Source of the DNA: an uncultured Gammaproteobacteria bacterium
Lineage (GTDB): Bacteria > Patescibacteriota > Patescibacteriia > Patescibacteriales > GWE2-39-37
Assembly: GCA_964443495.1 (NCBI GenBank)
Contig: CAYUCS010000001.1
Coordinates: 535,496 to 582,319, forward strand
DNA: 46,824 nt
Reading direction: 5' to 3'
The notes beneath the pieces were generated by a model, which was given only the letters and a program-made list of their open reading frames with translations, did not search any database and had not been told where the DNA came from. The position numbers and the translations under genes are program-made. Of this stretch, positions 32,793-42,757 are shown one piece after another. Position 1 is the stretch's first letter, and the number at the start of each line of letters is the position of its first letter.

Positions 32793-35318
32793 TTAATAAT
32801 CAGTCAAAAAAGCTGCTTGATAATAATCGGTGTCGAGCGATTGCTGGGCTTGCCAGCCGATGGTCGTCTGGCCGCTGGATTTCGGCTGGGTCTGAGCCAC
32901 CTTGAGCTTCGGACGGCCGGCGGTCGGCGATTGTATCTCGAATTTGCTGATCAGCGTGGTGTTAAGCGAACCGGACTGCTTCTGCACTAGCAACGAATAA
33001 GGGTAATAGTTGGCATTGGTCCAGCCCATTAAGGCGTCCAGCTTGTCCTGCCAGGTCTCGGTCCTGACTGCCGGCTTGATGGTGAACGGCAGGCGGTAGC
33101 GCAGGGTGATTTCTTCGGTTTCGCCAGGGTCGATCATGCTCCAATTGGCAAAGACGGTCTTGTCCGCCTCTTCATAGATCTTGGTGTTGCTCAGCGGGTC
33201 GACCTTGGCTTGCTCTTCCGCGGCCAAGTCCGGATCGCGTTGCCACGTTTCGTCGGGTTTGTCGAAGAAGCTGCTTGACGGCGTATCGAACCCGGTCGCC
33301 TCGATGAGCTGACTGCCCCGCGGCACATAGACGCGCATCCAATCGACGTTGCGTACGCCGGTAAAAGGTTCCTTGTTGCCGGCCGTGTGTTCGCGTTTGA
33401 TACGGACTTCGTCGATGATGGTGCCGTCCGGCTGCAGCACGGCGTTGTGGGTGAAGGTCTGCCTGATGCGGCGGTCGCTCTTGCCGCCGGCGATATTCGA
33501 ATTGATGACCGAAAGATAGTCCCAGTTGGTCGATTTCATCTTTCCATCCCAGCCGAAGCGCTCGACGGTGTTCTCGAGTTCGTCGTTGAAAAAGTAAAGC
33601 AGGACTTGGCGTTCGGACAGCTCTTTGTCGGCCAAGGCCAGGAGTTTGAGCGAGGTCTCTTTGTTCAGCCGTTTCGGGATTTCGGCCAAGAGCTGGTTCA
33701 TCAGGTCGCCGACAATTTTCTTCGGTGTCTTGGTCACGTCCGGTTTCTGCTCGGAAAATTGCTGGGTCACGTCCCAGAAGTTGTCAGCATTGATGGTGAC
33801 GCCGTATTGCGCGGTCATATCGATCGGGCCGACGATGCGCAGAAGGTCTTCCATGACGGTCGGGGTGAAGCTGATTACGCCGTCAACGGAAGGGCCGCTC
33901 GATTTCTCGTAGAACCAGGCGATTTTCCTGGCCGATGTCGGCCAATTCGGCCACCAGTTGGAATCCCAAAAATGCCATTGAGCATTGACCAGCTGCAGCG
34001 GTTCGGGCGCAATGATATGGTCGCGCAGGCCGGCATCGGTATCGTAGCTGCCGCCTCCAGGAGTCTCGATTTTCTTGATCTTGCCTTTGCTGAAGTCGAT
34101 CAAGGCGAAACTGCCGAAAAAGCCGCCGGTCGCTCGCGCTTCGGCGTTGTTCTGGAAGATGAGGAGGTAGCGGCGGTCCTGTTTCAGGCCGAGGAAGAGA
34201 TTGGCCGCGTCGGACAGGTGCGACAGTTCTTCAAGGCTTTGGTAGAGGTCGTTGGATTTGTTGCGGATGAAGAGAAATTGGTTCTGCAGGCCGTCTGGAA
34301 CGGCTTGGATGTCGATATCGTTGAGCGCTTGCGAGAGGTCGCGCGAGTTGGCGGCCGCGGCATTCGCTTGTTGGTTGATGAGTTCGAGCTTGGCGGTCAG
34401 GTCGGTCGTGCTGCCAAGATCGGAAGTGAAATAGGAGATGGCCAGGGTCAGGTTCTGCCCCAGCGATGCGGCGGACTCGGCCGCGGCCAGGATGGCTTTG
34501 CTGTTGCCGGCCAGCTTGAGTTCCGGACTCGGGGCGGCGCCGGCTAATTTCAACAATACGTCGTTGATGGATGATAATTCCTGCTGCGCGCCGACGAAGC
34601 CTTCTTTGGCTTGCGACAGCGATCGGGTGGCATTCAGGAAATCCTTGCCTGCCGCCGCCTTGCTGGCGCAGGCCAAGCTAGAAAAGCTCGCGGCGATATT
34701 GCGTACGACTTTATCCTTGGTCTGGGTGACAGCCGCGAACAGTACCGTGCCTTTGAGCAGCGCGGCGAGCAGCAGCAGAGTGAGGGTGAACATCATGGCC
34801 GAGCGCACGGGCGAGAGCCTGATGATCGGCGAGGGCGGCGGTGTCGGCAAGGCCGGTGCCGGCTCGACCTTCACTTCTTTCTTGGTTTCTTTTTTGGCTG
34901 CTTTGACGGGTTTGGCTTCAGCCTTGATCATTGCCGGCTTTGTCTTGGCCGTCATGATTTTTCGAACCAAGGCGACGGGGGCGAAATATATCTTGCCTAG
35001 CGCGAAGATGGTCCGCCCCAGCATGACGCAGAGTTGGTAAAAATACTGCCACGGATCGAGCTTTAAATGGAAGTTGAGGGCGGGGGTTTTGAGCTGCGCT
35101 TTCGGCAGTTTGGCAACGATGCGCTCTTTGATCGGTTTGGCAGCCGGTTTCGGGGTCTCAGGCGCCTTGTCGATGATCTGCACCGGCTTAGCCATGATGC
35201 GGCTCCATTGCTTTGCCGTGCTCGCGTCAGCCGAAATTCCCTGGCGTTTGGCCAGTTCGTCTTTCAAATCGACTACATGCTGCGATTTCGGCAGCGGTTT
35301 GTAATTTATCTTAGGCAT
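32793..35318 (-). CDS. DUF4012-domain membrane-anchored protein
   Basis: YLLIFQNNAEARATGGFFGSFALI, HFWDSNWWPNWPTSA, VDGVISFTP, NIAGGKSD. Basic N-terminus, TM, helical region. Confidence 0.85.
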   Translation of the reverse strand: MPKINYKPLPKSQHVVDLKDELAKRQGISADASTAKQWSRIMAKPVQIIDKAPETPKPAAKPIKERIVAKLPKAQLKTPALNFHLKLDPWQYFYQLCVMLGRTIFALGKIYFAPVALVRKIMTAKTKPAMIKAEAKPVKAAKKETKKEVKVEPAPALPTPPPSPIIRLSPVRSAMMFTLTLLLLAALLKGTVLFAAVTQTKDKVVRNIAASFSSLACASKAAAGKDFLNATRSLSQAKEGFVGAQQELSSINDVLLKLAGAAPSPELKLAGNSKAILAAAESAASLGQNLTLAISYFTSDLGSTTDLTAKLELINQQANAAAANSRDLSQALNDIDIQAVPDGLQNQFLFIRNKSNDLYQSLEELSHLSDAANLFLGLKQDRRYLLIFQNNAEARATGGFFGSFALIDFSKGKIKKIETPGGGSYDTDAGLRDHIIAPEPLQLVNAQWHFWDSNWWPNWPTSARKIAWFYEKSSGPSVDGVISFTPTVMEDLLRIVGPIDMTAQYGVTINADNFWDVTQQFSEQKPDVTKTPKKIVGDLMNQLLAEIPKRLNKETSLKLLALADKELSERQVLLYFFNDELENTVERFGWDGKMKSTNWDYLSVINSNIAGGKSDRRIRQTFTHNAVLQPDGTIIDEVRIKREHTAGNKEPFTGVRNVDWMRVYVPRGSQLIEATGFDTPSSSFFDKPDETWQRDPDLAAEEQAKVDPLSNTKIYEEADKTVFANWSMIDPGETEEITLRYRLPFTIKPAVRTETWQDKLDALMGWTNANYYPYSLLVQKQSGSLNTTLISKFEIQSPTAGRPKLKVAQTQPKSSGQTTIGWQAQQSLDTDYYQAAFLTDY

Positions 35319-36684
35319 TTTGTTGCGAAAGCATTAAGGCGACGTCGATCAGCTTGCCCTGGTCTAGGATCTGTTTGGCATCGAAGCCGGCGGTATCGAC
35401 CCACTCGGGAGCCGGGGTGGAATTCGTAGTATTGAAAAGGTTGGCCATGACGGTTTCGGCGGGCAATGTTCCATCCAAGAAAAAAGACAAGGCTACTCCC
35501 TTGCCACTGGATCGGCAGACGATATTTTTGGGATGAATCCTTCCGGGCAGCAGCTGCTTGCGTTCGGGTATAAGCTCCTTGATGAAATTGACTTCAAAGC
35601 CGTTGAATATGCCGTCACGCTCAAAGAAGCGGCGATAGACGAGCTTGTCAGCGGTTTCAGGGCTAAAGGTCCAAGGCAGCTGCTCGTCGGTTATGCCGTT
35701 GGTTTCAGCCATCTCGCTCAGGTTGGCGTTGAAGATATAGGCCCCATAAGCGAAAAGCCACTGCCTCGCCAAGTGCTTGATCTGGATGATGGCACCGGCG
35801 TAATCGGAGGGATGCTCGTGAAGATATCTTATCACAGCCAGTTCGTTGGCGAAAGTTACTGGCAAGACGGAAAAAATCTTGTCGAGCTTCTCGAAATTGG
35901 GAAAACCGGATTGGGCTACCTCGCGCAGCCTGGTGATCAGCAGCTCCTCGGCCGGGCTGGTTTGGCACAGGAAATCCTTGACCGCTTCTTCAAAATTCTC
36001 GGCAAGGACGAGTTTGCCTAAAAGATGCGAATTATGGCGGCGGCCGAAACGTTTGGTTGGGAAATAGTTGAGTACGCCGTATTTGGCTAAGATATCGGTT
36101 TTCAGTCCTAAAACCTCATTTTCGAAAGCCTCCTTGGTCCGCAAGAGCATGGTGTGGGTGCCGCCTTTCAGCATCGACGGTGCGATCGCCTCATCGGCAA
36201 AGGTTGTCCCGGTAATAATGATCTTGTATTCTGTCGGCGGCTGCAGGCTGGCAAGCCTTTCGGCGGAAGCGGCTGGAATGCTGAAGAACTGGCTCGTAAT
36301 CAAGCCTGGTTCTTTGCTGCTGGCGTAGCCGATGTCTTTGACTTCGAGTGCCAAGGACTGCCGCAGCCAATTGATTACCGCTGGCGTACCGGCCGCAGTG
36401 ACGGCTTGCAACACGATATAGTCCCCTGACCTGCCTGAGCCTTCCAGCTTGGAGTTGATTTCGGCGACGCGACCATCGCGCAAGTGTTCCTCGATGCAGT
36501 AGTCAGAAAAACTTAGCGGCCAATAAGCCAAAAAGCGGTTTTCGGTTATGTCGGAGATGCCGATTCCCTTCTCGAAAGTCGAGAGGTTGGAAGCGGCTGT
36601 TGAGTGGGCTAATTCAGGGTTGGTGGTAAGATAATGCTGGCGGTTGCGCAGCTCTTCCTCCCAGTAGTTTGGTTGGTCGTTCAT
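35311..36684 (-). CDS. Divergent TruD (tRNA pseudouridine-13 synthase) homolog with degenerate active site
   Basis: GYASSKE..ITSQ (vs FAGxKD..VTxQ), LKGGTHTMLLR (vs LxGNxFxxxLR), GVLNYFPTKRFG (vs GVPNYFGxQRFG). Confidence 0.75.
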   Translation of the reverse strand: MNDQPNYWEEELRNRQHYLTTNPELAHSTAASNLSTFEKGIGISDITENRFLAYWPLSFSDYCIEEHLRDGRVAEINSKLEGSGRSGDYIVLQAVTAAGTPAVINWLRQSLALEVKDIGYASSKEPGLITSQFFSIPAASAERLASLQPPTEYKIIITGTTFADEAIAPSMLKGGTHTMLLRTKEAFENEVLGLKTDILAKYGVLNYFPTKRFGRRHNSHLLGKLVLAENFEEAVKDFLCQTSPAEELLITRLREVAQSGFPNFEKLDKIFSVLPVTFANELAVIRYLHEHPSDYAGAIIQIKHLARQWLFAYGAYIFNANLSEMAETNGITDEQLPWTFSPETADKLVYRRFFERDGIFNGFEVNFIKELIPERKQLLPGRIHPKNIVCRSSGKGVALSFFLDGTLPAETVMANLFNTTNSTPAPEWVDTAGFDAKQILDQGKLIDVALMLSQQNA

Positions 36685-36770
36685 GGTGATTATTATACCA
36701 CGAACAGCATAGAAAATCCAAAGGATTCTTGTACGGTCGGTAATTCATCTTCCTCGGCTAAAAAGGCGTA

Positions 36771-37961
36771 TTATTGCCCGAGATTCGCCTTGTATACTTT
36801 GAGGGTTTGCTCGGCGCAGGCAATCCAGCTGTACTTTTTGACCTGGTCGAAGCCTTTATTAACAAGCTCTTGGCGCAGCGCCGCATTGTCAAGCAAGGCG
36901 TTGATCTTCACCTGCATGTCGGCTGGATCGCGCGGATCGAAATAGATCGCGGCATCGCCCAGTACCTCGGGCATGCTTGTCGTGCTGGAGCTGGCGACGG
37001 GCAAACCTTTAGCCATGGCCTCGAGCGGCGGCAAGCCGAAACCTTCATAAAAGGAGGCGAAGACATAGAGAGTGGCATGGGAATAGAGATCGGCCAGCTC
37101 TTGGTCGCTGACGTAATCCGTAAAGATGACCGGGCTGCTCTTCCCCGGGATGGTGAGCTGCAGCTCACGGGCCTGCTGCTTGATCTTGGCGTAGAAGTGA
37201 TCTTCTTTGCCGACAAGGACTAATTGCAGGTTCGGCCGTTCTTTGAGCAGCGAGTTGTAAACGTCAAGCAGCTGTTCCAGATTCTTGTGCGGGTAAGCGT
37301 TGCCGACATAAAGGATGTATGGACGGTTGATGCGGTGCTTGATCAGCGTCGCGTTCTGTCCTGCGTCATCCGAGGCGGCGTTCGTGTCAGTCTTGGCGAA
37401 ATCGGCTACGCCTTCGTAGGTGACGACGATCTTGTCCGGCCTGACGCCGAAGTGCTCGACGATGTCATCCTTAGTGAATTGCGACACTGCGATGACGGCC
37501 TTGGCCCGCATCAGGGCAAGGCGGATGGTCAGACGGTAGCCGAGATTCTTGATGAAATAAGCCAGCGGCCCCAAGGTGGTCGCTTTCTTGGTCGGAAAGT
37601 TGATGAGGATGAGGTCGTGGATGGTCACCACCATCTTGGTTAGGCACAGAATCGGAACGTTGAAATGCGGAAAATGGACCAGATCGAGCTTTTCCCTGCG
37701 GATCAGCCAGGGCATGATAATCTGCTCAGCCAAGGTGTACCAGCGTACCTCGGCCAAGACTTTCTTGACGTGAGGCAGGTTGTCGGTCTTGAGCTCGTCG
37801 AAGTTGTCGCGGCGCAAGAAGATAACGTATTCGTTTTTCCGGTCTAACCGTATGATATTATCGACGACTTCCTGCGTGTAGCGTCCGAGGCCTTTGCCGA
37901 TCGGGCCGTAGAATCTGGCATCGATGCCGATGCGTTTCGGTGCGAAATTAGTATTTGGCAT
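36771..37961 (-). CDS. Glycosyltransferase family 4 (mannosyltransferase-like)
   Basis: IGIDAR, TIHDL, YVGNAYPHKN, YEGFGLPPLEAMA.G.PV. Confidence 0.93.
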   Translation of the reverse strand: MPNTNFAPKRIGIDARFYGPIGKGLGRYTQEVVDNIIRLDRKNEYVIFLRRDNFDELKTDNLPHVKKVLAEVRWYTLAEQIIMPWLIRREKLDLVHFPHFNVPILCLTKMVVTIHDLILINFPTKKATTLGPLAYFIKNLGYRLTIRLALMRAKAVIAVSQFTKDDIVEHFGVRPDKIVVTYEGVADFAKTDTNAASDDAGQNATLIKHRINRPYILYVGNAYPHKNLEQLLDVYNSLLKERPNLQLVLVGKEDHFYAKIKQQARELQLTIPGKSSPVIFTDYVSDQELADLYSHATLYVFASFYEGFGLPPLEAMAKGLPVASSSTTSMPEVLGDAAIYFDPRDPADMQVKINALLDNAALRQELVNKGFDQVKKYSWIACAEQTLKVYKANLGQ

Positions 37962-39660
37962 ATGATTGTTTAGCTGATTCGAGTTTATACAATGTAAAGG
38001 TCGGATTCATGGTGCGAACTTTTTTTATCGACAGGCCGGATTTTGCCAGCTTGTTGCGGTTCAGATAATCCAGGGCTTTCGGCGGAAAAGTGAAATTGTA
38101 GTAATAGGTCGGTGCCAGCTTGACCAGCTTGGCGTAAGTGCGGTTCATGTTGTCGTCATCGAATAGGCCGTAAACCACCTTGCGTTCAGGATAGAAAAGC
38201 TTGTCGTGGTATTTGGTAATGATGACAGCATCGTCTTCTGTCGCGGCCAGGATCTGCCTCCATTCCTCTTGGCTTGAGCGCTGCTTGTAATACGATTCGA
38301 TCAAGCCCTCGTCTTTGCCGGTCAATGAAAAAGTAGCTCCCCAAAGCATGAAGATGCCGACAGTCAGCAGCCTTGCAGCGTGTCGAAGATTCTGGTTCTT
38401 CAGGAGGCGGCTTAAACGATTGATGCCCAAGGCAGCAAGAATGATCGAACCGAGATAGACAGGCAGCCAGTAGCGGGTGTAGGAGTTGCCGAGTGTTGCC
38501 TTGGTCGGGTCAGGGTTATCGTAAAATTCCCAGCTCCCGTAATAAAACAGCAGGATGATACTGAGCATGGCGAAGCTGAAAACGAACAAGAGCTGGCGCT
38601 TCCTGATTTTGCGGAATTGGACCATGAAGATGACGGCGCCGAGGATCGCGCCCCAGAAAAGCCAGCCGAACATGGCGAAAAAGTAGTTGTAGGTCATTTT
38701 AGCGGTCTGTTTCGGGTTGAAACCGAAGTAAAATATCAGGTCTCGGATTTTCTGCCACAGGCTGGTTTCGGTTATGCCGCTAGTGATCAGCTGCGTGCCG
38801 GTCTGTCCTAGTTGCGACAAAGAGCTGTTCATCTGGGGGTAGCCGGTAGCGATGGGCGAGCCGTGCAGGATCTGGCTGTAATAGGCCGCTGGCAGCATGC
38901 CGATCGCAAGGAATGCTAGCAGTACTAAAAGCTTCACGACACCGGTGTTCTTGATATTCAGAAGCCATAAGATCGCCATGGTCGGCCCGAGCCAGAGCAA
39001 TTCGGAAGTGCGGGTAATCGCGGCTAGGCCCAGGAATAGGCCGGCAAGAGCTGGGTAAAGGAATTTTCGTACCCATGGATATTTCGCTTTCTGATTCATG
39101 GCTACGGCGAAGAGCATTCCTGTCAGGGCAAAGACGGTGAACGGTATGTTGTGGAACATGCTTCGGCTCGAGTAGTAGAAATAGGGCGGAAAGAAAGCGA
39201 GCAGGCAGGCGGCCAGCAAGGCGGTGCGTCGATCGAAAAGCCGGCTGGTCAGAAGATAGAATATGACTAGGCCGATAGCGCCGATCAGCGGCGTCAAGAA
39301 CGGTATGACGGCAACATCGGTCCATTGGGCAGCCTTGCCATACAGGATGATAATGCCAAGAAAGCTCATCGGCTTAAGCTCGTCACCCTGGACCATCATG
39401 CTGCGCGGGTGGACGATGCCGTCAACTTCCGGGTTGAGCGGCTCCTTGATCGTCATCTGCCCGGTCAGGGCGAAATTCTTGGCAAAGGCGTAGTTGGCGG
39501 TCTCGTCAGGCGAAAGCCATTTTGTGAATTTGGGCGATTGGGTGCTGAAGTTGAACAAGCTGGCAGCCACGAAAAAAACTGACGCCAAAAAGAATATGAA
39601 ATATTCCTGTTTGCGTCCGCTTGGGCGGGTCTTTCGGTTGTCGGCTTGCTCAATTTCCAT
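37948..39660 (-). CDS. GT-C fold (ArnT/PMT-like) membrane glycosyltransferase
   Basis: SPDETANY acidic motif in the first loop, many TMs, LFLGLAAITR, soluble C-terminal domain. Confidence 0.7.
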   Translation of the reverse strand: MEIEQADNRKTRPSGRKQEYFIFFLASVFFVAASLFNFSTQSPKFTKWLSPDETANYAFAKNFALTGQMTIKEPLNPEVDGIVHPRSMMVQGDELKPMSFLGIIILYGKAAQWTDVAVIPFLTPLIGAIGLVIFYLLTSRLFDRRTALLAACLLAFFPPYFYYSSRSMFHNIPFTVFALTGMLFAVAMNQKAKYPWVRKFLYPALAGLFLGLAAITRTSELLWLGPTMAILWLLNIKNTGVVKLLVLLAFLAIGMLPAAYYSQILHGSPIATGYPQMNSSLSQLGQTGTQLITSGITETSLWQKIRDLIFYFGFNPKQTAKMTYNYFFAMFGWLFWGAILGAVIFMVQFRKIRKRQLLFVFSFAMLSIILLFYYGSWEFYDNPDPTKATLGNSYTRYWLPVYLGSIILAALGINRLSRLLKNQNLRHAARLLTVGIFMLWGATFSLTGKDEGLIESYYKQRSSQEEWRQILAATEDDAVIITKYHDKLFYPERKVVYGLFDDDNMNRTYAKLVKLAPTYYYNFTFPPKALDYLNRNKLAKSGLSIKKVRTMNPTFTLYKLESAKQSYAKY

Positions 39661-39683
39661 TTATTAAACTACAATAACTATAT

Positions 39684-41597
39684 ATGCAGATAAGATTGCT
39701 TAATTGTATTCGATTGCGCCCGTTTTTGCTGCTATTGGGCACGATTTCGCTTATTAGCGGGCTGGTTTACCGTTTCTATGCCCTTGATCGGGCCGGAGTG
39801 GCCTTATCTTTGGCGATTACGGCATTGTTCTTCATTATTTTATGGTATTTTGGCCAAAAATTCAATCTCGGACTGCAGGGGCTATTTTTGGCTGAAACTG
39901 ACGTTTCACGTCCGTCTGCGCCACGCTTCGTTGCTTTGGCAGCGGCATATTTCTTGTTCTGGCTGGCCGCTTCGCTCGTTTTGCTGCGTTCGGGCACGAT
40001 AGCTTCGATCGTTTCCCCTTGGCAGGCCGTGCCGCTGTGGGTGCTGGGTCTTTATTTCGTAGGCTGTGCCATCTTGCTTGCGTATTTCAGCAAAGGTGGA
40101 CGATGGCGGCCGGCACTCCTATCCTTGCATTATATTTTATCTTTTTCAGTGATTATCTTCGTCTATCGCTTGGGATATGGCTACGATTTTTTCATCCATC
40201 AAGCTACGCTCGAATTGATCGATAAGGCCGGCTTCGTTTTGCCGAAAGCCGATTACTATCTCGGGCAGTACGGTCTCGTCATGGTGCTCCATCGCTTGTC
40301 GCAGCTGCCTGTATATTGGCTGCATCTGCTGCTGGTGCCTTGCCTTTCTGCCCTGCTGCTGCCGCCCGTCCTATTGAGATGGATTGAAAAGATGGAACTG
40401 GAATCTGACCATTACTCCTTGGTACTGATGCTTCTGGCCTTGCCTTACGGTTTTTTGGCTTTTACAACGCCGCAAAATCTGGGATACCTTTTCTTGATCG
40501 TCGTCGTGGCGCTGACATGGAAGCCTGACCGATCCGATCTGCTTATCGCCGGCATGCTATCCTTAGCTGCCCTGGTAACCCAGCCGATTGCCGGTCTTCC
40601 GGCCGTTCTGCTGACGATTTGGCGCATTACTCAACTTCCTGGCGTCAAGAACGCGAGAATGCTGCGCGGTGCTCTGATCATGGCCGCAACCATCGGCTTG
40701 CCGCTCGCTTTTGCCGCCCTGGAGAAGCTCGACCTCAAGGCTATGCGCTTCGCTTGGCCCGATTGGCTGCCAAGCACTCTGCCGTCACTGCCCAGCCAAG
40801 AGCTGATCGGTTGGAACGCGCTGTATTTTTTCGGCCACAACTGGTATTGGATCGTCCTGTCGCTTGTCATAGCCGGTTTCGCTTGGCGCAAGCAAACAAG
40901 CTCGTTCGCGCAAGAGCAGCAGGCCGCAACGGCCTTGGCCGCCGGCTTCTTGCTGGCGCACTGGCTAACCAAGCTCCTGCCGTTCGGCTATTTGATCGGT
41001 TATGAGCGCAATGACTACGCCGCCCGTTTGCTTTTTGTAGCCTTGATTTTGGCCTTGCCCTTGATTATCGTGGCTTTCGATCGCCTCCTTGCCGGAATCG
41101 CCTCGGCTGGCGCAGGCGTGCGTCTGCCTTGGTTCGCCTTTCTAGCTTTTTGCCTTACCGCCTCCTTCTATCTCAGTTATCCGCGTCTCGACCGCTATGC
41201 CAACAGCCGCGGTTATTCCGTGGGCAGATATGATGTCGAGGCGGCCGAATGGATCGACAAGGATGCGGATAAGCCATATGTCGTGCTGGCCAACCAGCAG
41301 GTCAGCGCCGCAGCCTTGAAGAGATTCGGCTTCGCCCATTATTACAACGGTTTGTTCTACTATCCGGTTCCGACGGCCAGCCCGCTATATCAGTCATATC
41401 TCAAAATGGTTTACGAACATCCAGACGAGGAAACGGCGCGTGAGGCGGCGGAGCTTGCCGGAGTTCGGACGGTTTATTTCGTCTTGAACAAATATTGGCA
41501 CGCTTTCCCTAAGGTGAAAGACGAGGCTGAATTCGCGGCCGACGGCTGGCACCGCCTGGGCGACAACGAGGTCCTTATCTTCAAATACGAGTTATAG
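39684..41597 (+). CDS. Large polytopic membrane protein, possibly GT-C-like
   Basis: 637 aa, more than 12 hydrophobic segments, GYDFFIHQA loop, soluble C-terminal domain. Divergent from the upstream GT-C gene. Confidence 0.65.
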   Translation: MQIRLLNCIRLRPFLLLLGTISLISGLVYRFYALDRAGVALSLAITALFFIILWYFGQKFNLGLQGLFLAETDVSRPSAPRFVALAAAYFLFWLAASLVLLRSGTIASIVSPWQAVPLWVLGLYFVGCAILLAYFSKGGRWRPALLSLHYILSFSVIIFVYRLGYGYDFFIHQATLELIDKAGFVLPKADYYLGQYGLVMVLHRLSQLPVYWLHLLLVPCLSALLLPPVLLRWIEKMELESDHYSLVLMLLALPYGFLAFTTPQNLGYLFLIVVVALTWKPDRSDLLIAGMLSLAALVTQPIAGLPAVLLTIWRITQLPGVKNARMLRGALIMAATIGLPLAFAALEKLDLKAMRFAWPDWLPSTLPSLPSQELIGWNALYFFGHNWYWIVLSLVIAGFAWRKQTSSFAQEQQAATALAAGFLLAHWLTKLLPFGYLIGYERNDYAARLLFVALILALPLIIVAFDRLLAGIASAGAGVRLPWFAFLAFCLTASFYLSYPRLDRYANSRGYSVGRYDVEAAEWIDKDADKPYVVLANQQVSAAALKRFGFAHYYNGLFYYPVPTASPLYQSYLKMVYEHPDEETAREAAELAGVRTVYFVLNKYWHAFPKVKDEAEFAADGWHRLGDNEVLIFKYEL

Positions 41598-41606
41598 CAT
41601 AAATCA

Positions 41607-41633
41607 CAAAAGCCCTCTTCTAGAGGGCTTTTG
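41607..41633. terminator. Bidirectional terminator between convergent genes
   Basis: CAAAAGCCCTCT-TCT-AGAGGGCTTTTG. The GT4 stop codon (41620-41622) lies within the hairpin. Confidence 0.8.
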
Positions 41634-42753
41634 TTTTATCTAATAGTATTTCTACATATCGTTCGGCCGACAAAACTTTATCGTCTGGCAGCTTTTGGGT
41701 GCGCTCATGGGTCTTTGACAGCGCGCTGGCCAATGATCGCGCATCGCCGGGCTTGAAGAGATTCTGGCGGCTAGTGATCAGTTCCGGAATGCCGCCGATA
41801 TCCGCAGCGATGACAGGCAGCAGTTTGGCCATCGCCTCATAGATGACTGTCGGCGAATTCTCATAGCACAGGGACGGCACGACAAGCACAGAGCTTCGTT
41901 CCATTTCGGAGGCGACCTGTCCGGGGCTTAGCCGGCCGAGGAATATAATGCGATGATCCTTTTCCGAGGCTTCGGCAACCAAGCGTTCAAGCGAACCGCT
42001 GCCAGCCACCTTGAGGCGGTAGTTATCAGGAAGCAGGTCCATGGCTTCGAGGAGCAGTTTGATGCCTTTATGCGGCTCAAGCTGGCCGACGTAAAGGCAT
42101 TCGGCAACAGGAGCAAGCTGCGGCGCAACCGCGGCCCGGCTGAAGCTGACCGGATTAGGGATGACCGCATTGGAGCAGTCTTTGAAAAAGCCTCGCTTCA
42201 AGTGAAGGTCGAGCAGCCATTGCGAAGGTGAAATGACAAGAGAGGCGTTTGAGAAGATTGAGCGGTTGAGCTTCTGGTAGCAGCGGGCTGAAGCGCTGTC
42301 TATGATCCCCTCCTTTCCCCACATCAGGAGGCCTGAGGGGTGGAGCAGTTGGATGTCGTGCAGGACGTGAACATGCCCGATCCCGCTCGACTTGATCGCT
42401 CGCATCGACGACAAGCCGATGCCGATCAAGTTATTGGTTATGATCAGGTCGGGCGAAAAACCTTTTATGATTTTCTTGGTTTGCCGGCACGCTGAAACGT
42501 CGAGGTAGCCCAAAAGATGATAGATGAGGCGCGATGGCTTGGGCAGCTTGCCAAGGTTGTAAAACAACGAGGGCAAGCCGGATATATAAGCGACGTCCGA
42601 CGCCTCGGTTCGCTTGCCGCCTCTTGGCAGGGTCGTGGCGACCAGGACTTCGTTCCCTTGCGTCTTGAGTCCGTTCGCGATCGTTTCAACCACCCTCTCT
42701 GCCCCGCCCTTGGAAAACGGACGGTATAGATTGTTGAGTATTAATATCTTCAT
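41620..42753 (-). CDS. Glycosyltransferase family 4
   Basis: GGAERVV, YVGQLEPHKG, CYENSPTVIYEAMA..LPVIAADIGGIPE. Confidence 0.92.
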   Translation of the reverse strand: MKILILNNLYRPFSKGGAERVVETIANGLKTQGNEVLVATTLPRGGKRTEASDVAYISGLPSLFYNLGKLPKPSRLIYHLLGYLDVSACRQTKKIIKGFSPDLIITNNLIGIGLSSMRAIKSSGIGHVHVLHDIQLLHPSGLLMWGKEGIIDSASARCYQKLNRSIFSNASLVISPSQWLLDLHLKRGFFKDCSNAVIPNPVSFSRAAVAPQLAPVAECLYVGQLEPHKGIKLLLEAMDLLPDNYRLKVAGSGSLERLVAEASEKDHRIIFLGRLSPGQVASEMERSSVLVVPSLCYENSPTVIYEAMAKLLPVIAADIGGIPELITSRQNLFKPGDARSLASALSKTHERTQKLPDDKVLSAERYVEILLDKTKAL

Positions 42754-42757
42754 TGTG

